From: an uncultured virus (IMG/VR IMGVR_UViG_3300041809_001460)
Taxonomy: Duplodnaviria > Heunggongvirae > Uroviricota > Caudoviricetes
Virus record (IMG/VR): IMGVR_UViG_3300041809_001460
DNA: 64,000 nucleotides
Direction: 5' to 3' (one strand)
The position numbers and the translations under genes were made by a program. Below are positions 1 to 9,642 of this stretch, piece by piece (position 1 is the first letter of the stretch; each line of letters opens with the position of its first letter). The notes under the pieces are model-generated. The model was not told where the DNA came from and did not search any database. It was given only the letters and a program-made list of their open reading frames with translations.

Positions 1-291
1 GAAGATGAAACTCTGTGCGGCGCAATTCGTAATCTCCAGCAAGCGCATGTAACCGAACGCGACAATGCAATAAAAGCCGAAGTCCGCCTCCGCGACCTGG
101 ACTGGACTCCGATCAGCGAGAGCAATCTGCCGAAGGTGGGGGACGAGACGCTGCGCGAATGGAACGGAAGGCCGTCAGCCGAAACCGTGACGCCCTTGCG
201 CGCCCAAATGAATCGCTGCGCGGGCGATTGGCACGAGGACGGCTGGACCCACCGCCGCCCGATCAACGCGCCGGACAGGACTGCGAAATGA
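1..291 (+). CDS. Partial (5'-truncated) small phage protein, DUF551-like; paralog of 43555..43887
   Basis: Frame 1 open from the window edge to TGA at 289-291; translation ...RLRDLDWTPISESNLPKVGDETL...GWTHRRPINAPDRTAK matches the 43555 ORF. Confidence 0.75.
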   Translation, partial: EDETLCGAIRNLQQAHVTERDNAIKAEVRLRDLDWTPISESNLPKVGDETLREWNGRPSAETVTPLRAQMNRCAGDWHEDGWTHRRPINAPDRTAK

Positions 292-509
292 CCACGGACG
301 AGGATGAACTAACTGGCAATATCCGAGTGGTTAAATCCGTTTGGGCGAGTGCTCATGCGGTCACTGACTACCCCGGTAAAGTCACGATCCGTCGCTTCAG
401 CCCATTCAAAAAGGTTCGCGTTGAGGGCGAGGGAAAGACCGTCGAGGAAGCGTGGAGGAACACTGCCGAGAAAATCAGGGCGATATGGGCAGCGGACATT
501 ACAGGGTGA
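288..509 (+). CDS. Hypothetical phage protein
   Basis: ATGA overlap with the upstream stop; MTTDEDELTGNIRVV... Confidence 0.65.
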   Translation: MTTDEDELTGNIRVVKSVWASAHAVTDYPGKVTIRRFSPFKKVRVEGEGKTVEEAWRNTAEKIRAIWAADITG

Positions 510-560
510 TGAAGCGCGGCATGAAGTGACCCCGCGCCGGGTGCGCGGAGGAGGAGGACT

Positions 561-872
561 ATGGAAAGCGAATTGAGGAAAGCAGCGCAGAGTATTTGCG
601 ATAAATGGGACTCCGGGAAAGCGATGGCGCACGACTTCATTGCGCTCAAAGCCGCCCTCTCCGCGCAGCAGAGTGCGCCACGACCGAATGATCCGCAAGC
701 GATACTGACAGGGGGCACCGTGTCGCAGCCCACGCAGGCGCACAGGCCGGAGCAGGATGCGGCGGTGGAAGCGGTCAAACTACTGCTCTACGAGAGATTT
801 GGAATTCTTGCGGACGCACAGCCAGCAACTGATCAGATCATCGCCGCCGTTCGCAAGGCCGACGCCAAGTAG
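561..872 (+). CDS. Hypothetical phage protein (ends KADAK)
   Basis: GGAGGAGGA RBS upstream; 103 aa. Confidence 0.75.
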   Translation: MESELRKAAQSICDKWDSGKAMAHDFIALKAALSAQQSAPRPNDPQAILTGGTVSQPTQAHRPEQDAAVEAVKLLLYERFGILADAQPATDQIIAAVRKADAK

Positions 873-921
873 CAGCGCAACCGCGACTACGATGTGGAGT
901 TTTCCGACGAGAGGTGATCGT

Positions 922-1515
922 ATGAAGGACAAAAGGCTTCAAGTGAAGGGCATCAAGACCTTCAAGGGCCGCGAAGGAGTGGGGCTGAACGCGACGCTCT
1001 ATTTCGACGGTAAGAAGGTCTGCGAGGTGATGGATTCGGCTGACGGCGGCGAGATGGACTACCACTGGATCAAGCCGTCCTGGGAGGATGAGGTCGAGGC
1101 TTACGTCAAGACCCTCACTCCGCGACTTGCCTCGGTGAACATCAGAGCCGGCTTTGTGCTTGACGAGAAGCGCGAGGAGCGGCCAGACCTGAGGTGCCCG
1201 AAGTGCGGAAGCGCCAAGGTCTTCGAGGTTTTGGGTGGACGGTTGCACGGCGATCTTTACTGCGAACCCTGCAACGAGCTTTTGGAGTTCGTCGGCAATA
1301 CTCTGGATTCGTTCGTGAATGATTGGGTGGATGAGGCTGAGACCGAAAAGGCGTGGAAGAGGGCTTGCAAGACCAAGACTCTCTTCCGTCGCGCTGGAGA
1401 CCCGGCCGAGAGAGTTCACCAAGTCGGTATTGCTTTCACGCCCGCCAACAAGGCCGCGATTTTGAAGAAGTGGCCGGATGTGGTGGAGTGGATCAACGAG
1501 CGGTACGCGGCATAA
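922..1515 (+). CDS. Hypothetical phage protein with Zn-ribbon (CPKC...CEPC)
   Basis: GAGGTG RBS before ATG 922; in frame with ORF 757..1515. Confidence 0.75.
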   Translation: MKDKRLQVKGIKTFKGREGVGLNATLYFDGKKVCEVMDSADGGEMDYHWIKPSWEDEVEAYVKTLTPRLASVNIRAGFVLDEKREERPDLRCPKCGSAKVFEVLGGRLHGDLYCEPCNELLEFVGNTLDSFVNDWVDEAETEKAWKRACKTKTLFRRAGDPAERVHQVGIAFTPANKAAILKKWPDVVEWINERYAA

Positions 1516-1632
1516 GTTTACCGCTGGCCGATCGGCAGCCTACTAGGCTGATCATGCAGCGACCAGCAGAGCGGCGGTTGTGGCGAAGGAGCGAGTCGCT
1601 GGGCCGCCGCCAAGTTTTGAAGATGAGGGACT

Positions 1633-1926
1633 ATGAAGACCGATCAAGAACTTGCCAACACCCACGCTGAGGGAACTACTGACTATGGTAAGGTGCGGCT
1701 CATCATGCAGGGCGAGCGTTACGCGATCTTCCGCTGGCCCGGTGGTTACTGGTATGACAACGGAGGACCGCACTACGGGCGGGTGACCTACTGCCTCGCA
1801 GTGAAGGGTAAGAGGCGCTTTGGACACGACAATCCCGTTGTCAAGGAGTGGGATGGCCGCGTCTCGAAGAAGTTGCTGAGGGCTGCGCTCGACGAAGCTG
1901 AGAGAAGCGAGGTGAAAAAGCTATGA
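1633..1926 (+). CDS. Hypothetical phage protein
   Basis: GAGGG RBS; coupled to the next gene by ATGA overlap. Confidence 0.7.
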   Translation: MKTDQELANTHAEGTTDYGKVRLIMQGERYAIFRWPGGYWYDNGGPHYGRVTYCLAVKGKRRFGHDNPVVKEWDGRVSKKLLRAALDEAERSEVKKL

Positions 1927-2153
1927 CCATTATTTCGATGGACCTGAACAAATTCCTGGGTGCGCTCGAGAAGAGCGCGATCGCGGACGGTGAGATGAAG
2001 ATGACCCGCGAAGAGGCCCTGGCGAAAGGACTCTGCGTGGTCTGCGGAGAACCGGCCCTGGCCAAGTGCTACAGCGAGGCCGGCCGTCGGGAGTACCAAA
2101 TCTCAGGCAGCTGCGAGAGCTGTTTCGATGAGATGTTCAAAGAAGAGGAATGA
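1923..2153 (+). CDS. Small Cys-rich (CxxC...CxxC) phage protein
   Basis: CVVCG...SGSCESCFD; ATGA overlaps at both ends. Confidence 0.75.
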   Translation: MTIISMDLNKFLGALEKSAIADGEMKMTREEALAKGLCVVCGEPALAKCYSEAGRREYQISGSCESCFDEMFKEEE

Positions 2154-2428
2154 GTATGACGTACTTTGGGTTATCGCACAACGGGAACTTGCTAGGAGTC
2201 AGCACCACTTCAAACGGGGATGCTGAATTCTGTGTGTCCGTGGCTTATGAGCTTCGGGACGGTGGCGACACCGGACCGGAGCAGCCTTGGCTTGTTAAGG
2301 ATCGAGCTGTGGCTGAGCGGGTAGCGAACCGGGCTGGCGATTGGTTCAACGCTGGCTACGAAGCGCCGCTGAATTCGTATCACGGGAAATGCCGGGTGAC
2401 CGAAGTGGAACTCAGCTTTCCTGTTTGA
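2150..2428 (+). CDS. Hypothetical phage protein
   Basis: ATGA overlap; 92 aa. Confidence 0.7.
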   Translation: MSMTYFGLSHNGNLLGVSTTSNGDAEFCVSVAYELRDGGDTGPEQPWLVKDRAVAERVANRAGDWFNAGYEAPLNSYHGKCRVTEVELSFPV

Positions 2429-2475
2429 CCAAAACGCTCGGGTAGCGTAGGAGGAAGAAAACCTACCCATGAGGA

Positions 2476-2512
2476 GAAACGCCCTGGCCGCGGCTGGGGC
2501 GTTTCTGTTTCT
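2476..2512 (+). terminator. Probable intrinsic terminator closing the small-gene operon
   Basis: GAAACGCCCTGGCC-GC-GGCTGGGGCGTTTC hairpin (G-U pairs) followed by TGTTTCT. Confidence 0.6.
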
Positions 2513-2518
2513 GTGGCG

Positions 2519-2562
2519 AGCTTGCTGTTGTAGACCAAACTGCTAAGGGTTAGCTTCGGAGT
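2519..2562 (+). promoter_or_regulatory. Putative late promoter, copy 1 (portal; leaderless)
   Basis: AGCTTGCTGTTG at 2519, GGGT-TAGCTT -10-like box, ATG 44 nt after the motif start. Confidence 0.75.
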
Positions 2563-5500
2563 ATGGTCGCCTTCCTGCGCAGGCTGCATCTGGCATTGCA
2601 CGCCCGTTTTCTCCGCTACTTTCGCACTCGCGAGGTGGTGAAGGCCTATTCCCTGATGCACGCCGAAGAGATGGCCATCACGCCGATCCAGAACTGGCCG
2701 ATGATGAAAGCCAGGCAGGCTCAAGAGATCAGGCAGGTGAAGGCTGGAAAGCTGGACATTGTAGACCGCAAGAGCTGGGCGTTCCCCTATCTGCCTTCGA
2801 GCGTGCAACGGCTGTCGATGCCGGTGATGAAGTCAACCCCTTACAATCTGCGCCGTTTCTCACGCACGCCAGTCGCCCGGCGCGCCATCAACCTGATCAA
2901 GAACTCAGTGACCGCACAAACCTGGGACATTAGACCAATCGACGGTGCGGCGGTCGAGGATGAGGACGAGCAGAAGGCGCGGATAAAAATCGCCAAGGGT
3001 CTTTTCAAGCATCCCAATAACGTAGACTCGATGCAGTCTTGGATGGAGATGGGCATCGAGGACCTTTGCTGCTTCGGCGCCTTCGCTTCTGAGATTATGC
3101 TGACCATCGATCCTGAGCGGCCGGTGAAGATGTGGGCGATGGATGTGTCTACGGTCCGCATCTTCGTATCCTGGTCTGAGTCCACTACCGATCTGCCGCA
3201 CTACGCACAGATGACCGGACTACAGGGCGAGCGTGGAGCGATCCTGTTCTACGACGATGAGATCATGTACATCAAGGACAACCCCGCCACCGACAATCCT
3301 TTCGGCCTGGGCAAGATGGAAGTGGCCTTCCAGCAGCTGAACGATTTGCTGGGTGTGCAGAGAATGGCTGGAATGGCTGGAGCGGATCAAGTCCACAAGT
3401 GCTTCCCCGGAGACACCGAGGTATTGACGCGGCGCGGATGGATGGCTTGGCGTGATGTGGGAGACGATGAGGAATTCGCCACACGCAGCTCGGATGGCAA
3501 GCTGCAGTGGCAGCGCGCTCTCGGATTTGTGCGCGAACAGCACGACGGAGACATGATCCAGTTCCGCAACCGGGAACTGACCATTACCGTCACACCGAAT
3601 CATAGGATGTATGGGCAGCGCTTCACTAAGGACTGGAAAACGGGGAAGCGTGTGGCCGAGCCTATCGGATTCATTGAAGCGCGTGAGCTGTTTGATGGCG
3701 TCGCAAACCGCCCGGGTAAGGGATGGAGAGGAGCGGACAAGAAGGAACGGTCGCTCTTCGACTTCAGGATTCCGACAAGGGCTACGTGGGAAGACGGCGT
3801 TTTGCCGGAGCCTGTCTGCCGTGTCGGGACAAAGACATTCGACTGGGAGGATTGGGCGGCGTTTCTTGGCGTCTGGATTGCCGAGGGTTCGTGCATGAAG
3901 GCGAGCGGAGAGAAGCCGAACAACGGAGAGTACCGCATACAGGTTGCGCAGTCGAAAAAGGCCAACCCGTCAAAATACGAGAAGATCAAGCACCTTCTAG
4001 GGCGCATGGGTTTTGCACACCAAGCAAAATCCGACCGCTTTGTTTTCAGTGACCACGATGTTTGGGCATATCTGTCCGGTCTGGGAGACAGTCATACCAA
4101 ATTCGTTCCTCAGTGGATAAAGGATGCCCCCACGCCCATTATCCAGGCGTTCTTTGACTGGGCTATGCTGGGCGACGGAACTGTCCGTGGGAAGAAGCGG
4201 ACGTACTATACAGCCAGCGCGCGTCTAGCTGGCGATATGCAGGAGCTGTTTCAAAAGATAGGCTCCAGCGCTGCGGTCAAACCTTATCTCGACGGGCGCA
4301 GTCAGATGTACGCTGTCGAGGAGATGCTGCGACCTGAGTTGAGCATTATCCCTGCCGGTTGCCGAGGCAAGGCGCGCACGCCGAAGCGGATTCCGTATAG
4401 CGGCATGGTTTATTGCGCGATGGTTCCGAATGGGACGCTCTATTGCCGTGAAAATGGATACGCGTTCTTCACAGGCAACACATGGCTATGGTGGGAGCAG
4501 CCGCAAAGTGATTCGGCGTACCAGATCGTGCGCCGGCACATTCAGAACGAACTCGAGGGACAGGCCAAGGTTTCGATCATCGGCGGCATGAAGAAGCCGG
4601 AAGTCCTCGAGATCACCCCTGTCACCGAAGAGGACCTGCTGCTCAACTGGCAGGAGATGATGATTCGCATGGTAGCCAACGCCTTCGACATGACCGCGAT
4701 GGCGCTGGGAGTCGAGCATGATGTGAACCGGGCCGTCGGCGAAGTGCTCAAGGACCAGGACTTCAGATCGGCTGTGGTGCCGATGGCCAAGAGAGTGCAG
4801 GAAGCATTCACGCGTAAGGTTCTGCATGAGGCGCTGGGCTGGCGTGACCTCGAATTCGCGTTTCTGCAACTCGACGACCCCGACCTCGAAACCAAAACCG
4901 ACATGAATGCGCGGATGTACTCGGCCAATGCCCTGACCCCGAATGAGTGGAGGATCAGTGTGGGCAAACAGCCATTGAAGAGCCCGTTTGGCGACATGAC
5001 CCAGTTCGAGTCCATGATGCTTAACCAGGAGCTGATGGCTGAGATTCAGAACCGGCAGCAAGAGCAGAGCATGAACCGCCAACAGCAACAGCAGCTGCCG
5101 GGAAGTGGCGGAGGGTATCCGCCAGGTGGTGGCGGCCAGCCCTACCAGAAACCGATTTCGCAGGGCGAGATTTCACGCGGCGGGCAGATCGAGTCGCCAC
5201 GGCCGCTGATGCTGCCTAAGTTCCCCATCGCCGGTTCCAAGTGGAATGCGAGGGAGATTGCGAGAATGCCGGTCAACGATTTGGCCGACCGGATCGATGG
5301 CGGAGAACTGCCGCCAGCGAAGAGCCTGCTTCTGGACATGGACGATCAGGAACCAAACATCCTCGAGCAGATGGCCGACGAGGTGAAGGAATACTTCAAG
5401 TACGTGCTGCAGGAAGACGAGCAGGACGATGCTGATGAGACACCGGACCAGTATTTGCAGAGCTGGCTGAAGAAGCAGCGCAAGCGTGTGAACAAGAGGA

Positions 5501-5649
5501 AGGCCCGTTCCGACGACATGACCCAGTATTTGCAGGACGTGAACCAGAGGTGGCGTATGGCGACGCCGTCGAAGCCTGGAGCCAAGGCTTATCGGGCTGT
5601 GAAGAATCCAGGCAAGCCGGGCACGCCGCCCGCGGCACGTTCTTTGTAA
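2563..5649 (+). CDS. Phage portal protein interrupted by an intein, with a long Q/G-rich and charged C-terminal extension
   Basis: Portal-like features (HPNNVDS, EIMYIKDNP...PFGLGKME, LTPNEWR...G.QPL); first gene of the head module; intein at aa ~280-639. Confidence 0.85.
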   Translation: MVAFLRRLHLALHARFLRYFRTREVVKAYSLMHAEEMAITPIQNWPMMKARQAQEIRQVKAGKLDIVDRKSWAFPYLPSSVQRLSMPVMKSTPYNLRRFSRTPVARRAINLIKNSVTAQTWDIRPIDGAAVEDEDEQKARIKIAKGLFKHPNNVDSMQSWMEMGIEDLCCFGAFASEIMLTIDPERPVKMWAMDVSTVRIFVSWSESTTDLPHYAQMTGLQGERGAILFYDDEIMYIKDNPATDNPFGLGKMEVAFQQLNDLLGVQRMAGMAGADQVHKCFPGDTEVLTRRGWMAWRDVGDDEEFATRSSDGKLQWQRALGFVREQHDGDMIQFRNRELTITVTPNHRMYGQRFTKDWKTGKRVAEPIGFIEARELFDGVANRPGKGWRGADKKERSLFDFRIPTRATWEDGVLPEPVCRVGTKTFDWEDWAAFLGVWIAEGSCMKASGEKPNNGEYRIQVAQSKKANPSKYEKIKHLLGRMGFAHQAKSDRFVFSDHDVWAYLSGLGDSHTKFVPQWIKDAPTPIIQAFFDWAMLGDGTVRGKKRTYYTASARLAGDMQELFQKIGSSAAVKPYLDGRSQMYAVEEMLRPELSIIPAGCRGKARTPKRIPYSGMVYCAMVPNGTLYCRENGYAFFTGNTWLWWEQPQSDSAYQIVRRHIQNELEGQAKVSIIGGMKKPEVLEITPVTEEDLLLNWQEMMIRMVANAFDMTAMALGVEHDVNRAVGEVLKDQDFRSAVVPMAKRVQEAFTRKVLHEALGWRDLEFAFLQLDDPDLETKTDMNARMYSANALTPNEWRISVGKQPLKSPFGDMTQFESMMLNQELMAEIQNRQQEQSMNRQQQQQLPGSGGGYPPGGGGQPYQKPISQGEISRGGQIESPRPLMLPKFPIAGSKWNAREIARMPVNDLADRIDGGELPPAKSLLLDMDDQEPNILEQMADEVKEYFKYVLQEDEQDDADETPDQYLQSWLKKQRKRVNKRKARSDDMTQYLQDVNQRWRMATPSKPGAKAYRAVKNPGKPGTPPAARSL
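3400..4479 (+). mobile_element. Intein (360 aa) with LAGLIDADG-type homing endonuclease, in the portal gene
   Basis: N-term CFPGDTEVLTRRGW; block B VTPNHRMY; LAGLIDADG-like FLGVWIAEGS and AMLGDGT; C-term YSGMVYCAMVPNGTLYCRENG...TGN followed by +1 Thr. Confidence 0.9.
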
Positions 5650-5658
5650 GAGGGAACA

Positions 5659-6567
5659 GTGAGGAAATGTCTACAATGGCTCGTCTTGCTTTGCGCCGTC
5701 CCTTGCGCGGCGCAGACCGTCATTGTCAGCGCCTCTAATCTTCGCGACGGATTGAACCCGGCCAACGGCACGATTGTTTTTAGCCCCGTGAATGCTGCTG
5801 GAGCCCCTGTCAGCTATCACACCCCCGGAGGCCAGGTAAGTTCGTCGCCCATCACTGCCAAGGTGGTTGCAGGGGCATTTTCTGTAGCGTTGCCCGACGT
5901 CGCGCTGACCATACCGGCGAACCTGTGTTTTGCGGGCGCTCTCAATGTACTGAGCGGCTACGGGTTCGGACCGGGATATTCGTGCATCCAGCCAACCCAA
6001 AGCAATTATTGGTGCTCCAACGGCCTGTGCGATTTCGACAACTACATACCGAGCCTGCCCGCGCTCCCCGTCTACGGCGGTGGTTTGACTCTTAATGGGT
6101 ATGCTGGAGCGTTCACCTTCAGTGGACCTGGCGTGAGCTGTGACTGGATTACGTTGACCTGTGTGTTTAACGGGCTTTCCAGCCCCGTTGTGCCTACGAT
6201 AGGAGATTCTGACGTGACCGGGCAAGTTGCGTCTCTACCCACCGTCAATCTGGTTGGGGCGACGCCCGCTACGGGCAAGTATCGGATCAACTATTATGCG
6301 AATGGGAATACGGCCTGCGGCAGCGGCACTGTGTTTGTCACGTTCACCTTCAGCTGGGTCGATCCCATCAGCGCGCGGTCCGTCGCCAGCATTGCTTTGA
6401 CACTTGGGCCTTCTGAGGCGCCTATATCCAATTCAATTCGCGGAGCGATTCCCATATACGCCCTCGCTTCGACAGCTGTAAGCTACAACTCAACCGTCGT
6501 AGGCTCATGCGCAACTGGTGGGCCGGCAAGCTACGACGCGCACGTTGCTGTGGAGGAACTACAATGA
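5659..6567 (+). CDS. Signal-peptide-bearing beta-rich, Cys-containing protein 1
   Basis: MRKCLQWLVLLCAVPCAA|QT Sec-type leader; C-terminal domain similar to that of the 6564 protein. Confidence 0.75.
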   Translation: MRKCLQWLVLLCAVPCAAQTVIVSASNLRDGLNPANGTIVFSPVNAAGAPVSYHTPGGQVSSSPITAKVVAGAFSVALPDVALTIPANLCFAGALNVLSGYGFGPGYSCIQPTQSNYWCSNGLCDFDNYIPSLPALPVYGGGLTLNGYAGAFTFSGPGVSCDWITLTCVFNGLSSPVVPTIGDSDVTGQVASLPTVNLVGATPATGKYRINYYANGNTACGSGTVFVTFTFSWVDPISARSVASIALTLGPSEAPISNSIRGAIPIYALASTAVSYNSTVVGSCATGGPASYDAHVAVEELQ

Positions 6568-8450
6568 AAAAGAATCTTTTTGCGGCTGCTATTCTGGTTA
6601 TTCTTCTCTGCAGCATCAATGGTGTGAACGCGCAAACCGCTGGGTATCCGGCGGTGCAGCTGACTCCCGCCTACGCCGCTGATACAGGGTCAGTCAACGT
6701 GCTGGCCGCCACGGTGCTCAGCTGCCCCACCGCTTACACCACCGGAGCGTCGTTCAAGGTACTGCCTGGACACGCCAACACAACGACCACCCCGACCTTG
6801 AACTTCTGCGGCCTGGGAGCCAAGACCATCACGAAGTATGGCCAATCCGCGGTGGCTGCGAATGATCTGACTACGACGGCCATCGCTGAATTTGTCTATG
6901 ACGGCACCTACATGGAGCTGGAGAATCCGCAGACCGTAACTGGCGGCGGCACTGTTACGGTTGTGAGTTCGGGAAGTCTGACCTCATCGGCCCTGGTAAC
7001 TGGTGGTGGATCACAAACTCTGCAAACTGTGTGCGCGACCTGCACTCTGAGCAGCGCTGGTGTGTTGCAACTGGCCGCTGGTGGATCGATTGGCAGCGCC
7101 GATACCGGATCGCCGGCGCTGACCTTCGGGACGAGCAAAGGAACGTTCAACCAGCCGCTCTATCTGGGAACGACCAGCAACCAGCTTGTCACCGGCACAT
7201 CGACCAACCTCACTACGTCTACCTACCCCGCGTCCTCGGGGGCGGTTACGCTGACCTTCCCGAATACGACCGAGTATATGGTCGGCGCCAACAGCGACAC
7301 GACAACCACGCATGTGCTGCACGCGACGGGGGTAGCTGGCGTAGGTAGTTTCTCCGCCATCGCGACCGGCGACTTGCCGACAATCCCGATTGCTGGCGGC
7401 GGCACGAATGCCACCAGCGCCAGCGCTGGCCAAGTGCCGAACAGCACCAGCGGCAGCGCCTCGAGCTGGACATCGACGATCACTTTGGGGGCCTCAGGCA
7501 CTCTTGGATCGGTGACAATGGGCAACGCCTCTACCGGTACTCTTACCGTGGAACCGTCGAGCGGCACTCTTGGGACCATCACCGAATACTTCCCTACAGC
7601 TTCGGGAGACACGCTGATTGCTGAGTCGGCATCGGACACCACAACCACCCATCTTCTGCACGCGACAGCGACTGGCGGAATTGGTACGTTCTCTGCCATC
7701 GCTGCTGGAGATATTGGGTTTACATTGCTAGGCGATACGCTCTACGGCGGCGCCAGCGGCGCGCCGACCAAATTGGCTGGCCCTACAGCCGGAGCGGGAA
7801 CCTACGCCTTGGTAGATGTGACGGTGGGAGCGAGCGCCGTGGCCCCGACCTGGAGCAGCGCTCCGGCTTTGAGCATGGCGAATATGACTGGCCTAACTTC
7901 AGGCCAGGTAACCGGCGCTTGCACAACCTGCGTTACTTCGGCGTCATCCCTCACCAGCGGCAATCTTATGACTGGTGCAGGAAGCCAGGGAGCGCAGGTC
8001 AACGCGAACGTTGCAGTAAACAGCAACGGCGCCTTCACCCAATACGACGGGATCACCACGGCTGGCATCGGCGTTCCTGCGGTAGAGGGAGTATCAGACA
8101 AAACGGCGCAATCAGCCAGCATCACCTCGACCAACCTGATTGCCTCTACCGGAGCTGCTGGGCATTATCTGGCGCGCTTCTATATCGATCAGAACGCGCT
8201 TTGCACCACAGGCACAGGATCGGTGTACGCTACCCTAACCTGGACCGACGCCTCGGCCTCCCATACAGCATCGACCGTTCCACTGACGCTGGCCAACACA
8301 TCGATCTCGTCGGCATCTGGATACATAGACGTTGCGCTTCCGTTCTGGTCAGCCTCGGGAGACGCCGTCTCCTATACGGCAACTTACGCGTCTTGTACAT
8401 CGGGAACCGGGACCTACGACCTGCACGCAGAAGTGGAACGGACCAACTAG
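6564..8450 (+). CDS. Signal-peptide-bearing Thr/Ser/Gly-rich fibre-like protein 2
   Basis: GGAGG RBS; MKKNLFAAAILVILLCSINGVNA|QT; fibre-like YAADTGS...TLNFCGLGAKTI...YDGT domain. Confidence 0.8.
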   Translation: MKKNLFAAAILVILLCSINGVNAQTAGYPAVQLTPAYAADTGSVNVLAATVLSCPTAYTTGASFKVLPGHANTTTTPTLNFCGLGAKTITKYGQSAVAANDLTTTAIAEFVYDGTYMELENPQTVTGGGTVTVVSSGSLTSSALVTGGGSQTLQTVCATCTLSSAGVLQLAAGGSIGSADTGSPALTFGTSKGTFNQPLYLGTTSNQLVTGTSTNLTTSTYPASSGAVTLTFPNTTEYMVGANSDTTTTHVLHATGVAGVGSFSAIATGDLPTIPIAGGGTNATSASAGQVPNSTSGSASSWTSTITLGASGTLGSVTMGNASTGTLTVEPSSGTLGTITEYFPTASGDTLIAESASDTTTTHLLHATATGGIGTFSAIAAGDIGFTLLGDTLYGGASGAPTKLAGPTAGAGTYALVDVTVGASAVAPTWSSAPALSMANMTGLTSGQVTGACTTCVTSASSLTSGNLMTGAGSQGAQVNANVAVNSNGAFTQYDGITTAGIGVPAVEGVSDKTAQSASITSTNLIASTGAAGHYLARFYIDQNALCTTGTGSVYATLTWTDASASHTASTVPLTLANTSISSASGYIDVALPFWSASGDAVSYTATYASCTSGTGTYDLHAEVERTN

Positions 8451-8472
8451 CCGCCTTGAAACGGAGAATGGG

Positions 8473-9642
8473 ATGAAAAGGCTAGTCATCATTCTCGCAC
8501 TCGCGTTGGCTTGCGGGGAGACGGCCCGAGCACAGGCGGTCGGATACCCGGAAGTGCAGCTGACCCCGGACTACGCTGCTGATACCGGCTCGGCGAACGC
8601 GCTGGTTGCTACGGTACTCAGCTGCCCTACCGCTTATACATCGGGGCAAACGATCAGGGTTCTACCGGGGCACGCGAATACGACAACCACCCCGACCCTG
8701 AACTTCTGCAATCTGGGAACTAAGACTATTACCAAATTCGGGCAGTCTGCGCTCGCGGCTAGCGACCTGCTGACAACCGCCATTGCTGTTTTTATTTACG
8801 ACGGCACCGACATGGAGCTACAGAACCCGGCGACTTTGGGAACGGCGGCGCAGATCAACACGCTGCTGCAAGGATTGACCGGATGCTCCACCGCAAATTA
8901 TGTACTGACTCCGGCGGGAAGCGACTGTGTAGCAGCTGGTTCCGGTACAGTGACCGACGGCAGCGGCACAACCACAGCGAACTACATGGCGGAATCGACC
9001 AGCAGCGCCCACGTCATCGGTTACGATACAGCGGTTTCAGACAACGGAACGACCTTCTCCTACAGCGGCACGGGCGGCATCGCGGCAACGGGTGGCAGTG
9101 TGAGCGAGATTCAGGGCACCGCCATCGCTTCTCCCGCGGCGCCGGGCGGGAGTTTGTACAATCTGTACGTCAACAGCACTTCGGATGAGATCGAGTGCGA
9201 CTACGGGGCGACGCCGACTGCTTGCGTCCCGTCTTATACGAACGGGTCGAGCAGCAGTTTCAATAGCAATGCTAATCTGACCATGACCTCGACGAGCACG
9301 TTCTACGATGGCCCAACTACCGGGTCGCTGTCGGCTGGAACGTATTTCGTTACCGAGACGTTGACTTTAGGAAAGGCGAGCGCCACCGCCCCGGCCTACG
9401 CGGTGTGCAAGTTGTGGGACGGAACCACAGCCTTTGCCGCGGCCTACCCAGGAATGCCTTATGTGACTTCGGCTGCGATCACTTATACGACCGTGACCCT
9501 CTCCGCAGTTATAACTGAAAGTGGTGGTGCCACGATCAAGACGAGCTGCGAGCCGCAGACCGGAAGCGAGATTATGTACTACACGACACCGGTCGGCAGT
9601 TTGAACTTTGGAGCGACTATCTCCTGGGTGAGACTAAAATGA
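8473..9642 (+). CDS. Signal-peptide-bearing fibre-like protein 3
   Basis: GGAG RBS; MKRLVIILALALACGETARA|QA; N-terminal ~100 aa nearly colinear with protein 2. Confidence 0.8.
   Translation: MKRLVIILALALACGETARAQAVGYPEVQLTPDYAADTGSANALVATVLSCPTAYTSGQTIRVLPGHANTTTTPTLNFCNLGTKTITKFGQSALAASDLLTTAIAVFIYDGTDMELQNPATLGTAAQINTLLQGLTGCSTANYVLTPAGSDCVAAGSGTVTDGSGTTTANYMAESTSSAHVIGYDTAVSDNGTTFSYSGTGGIAATGGSVSEIQGTAIASPAAPGGSLYNLYVNSTSDEIECDYGATPTACVPSYTNGSSSSFNSNANLTMTSTSTFYDGPTTGSLSAGTYFVTETLTLGKASATAPAYAVCKLWDGTTAFAAAYPGMPYVTSAAITYTTVTLSAVITESGGATIKTSCEPQTGSEIMYYTTPVGSLNFGATISWVRLK

Noticed and set aside
1516..1632. Two GC-rich hairpins as a possible ncRNA or riboswitch
   Set aside because: No recognisable family features; hairpins are expected by chance at this GC content.
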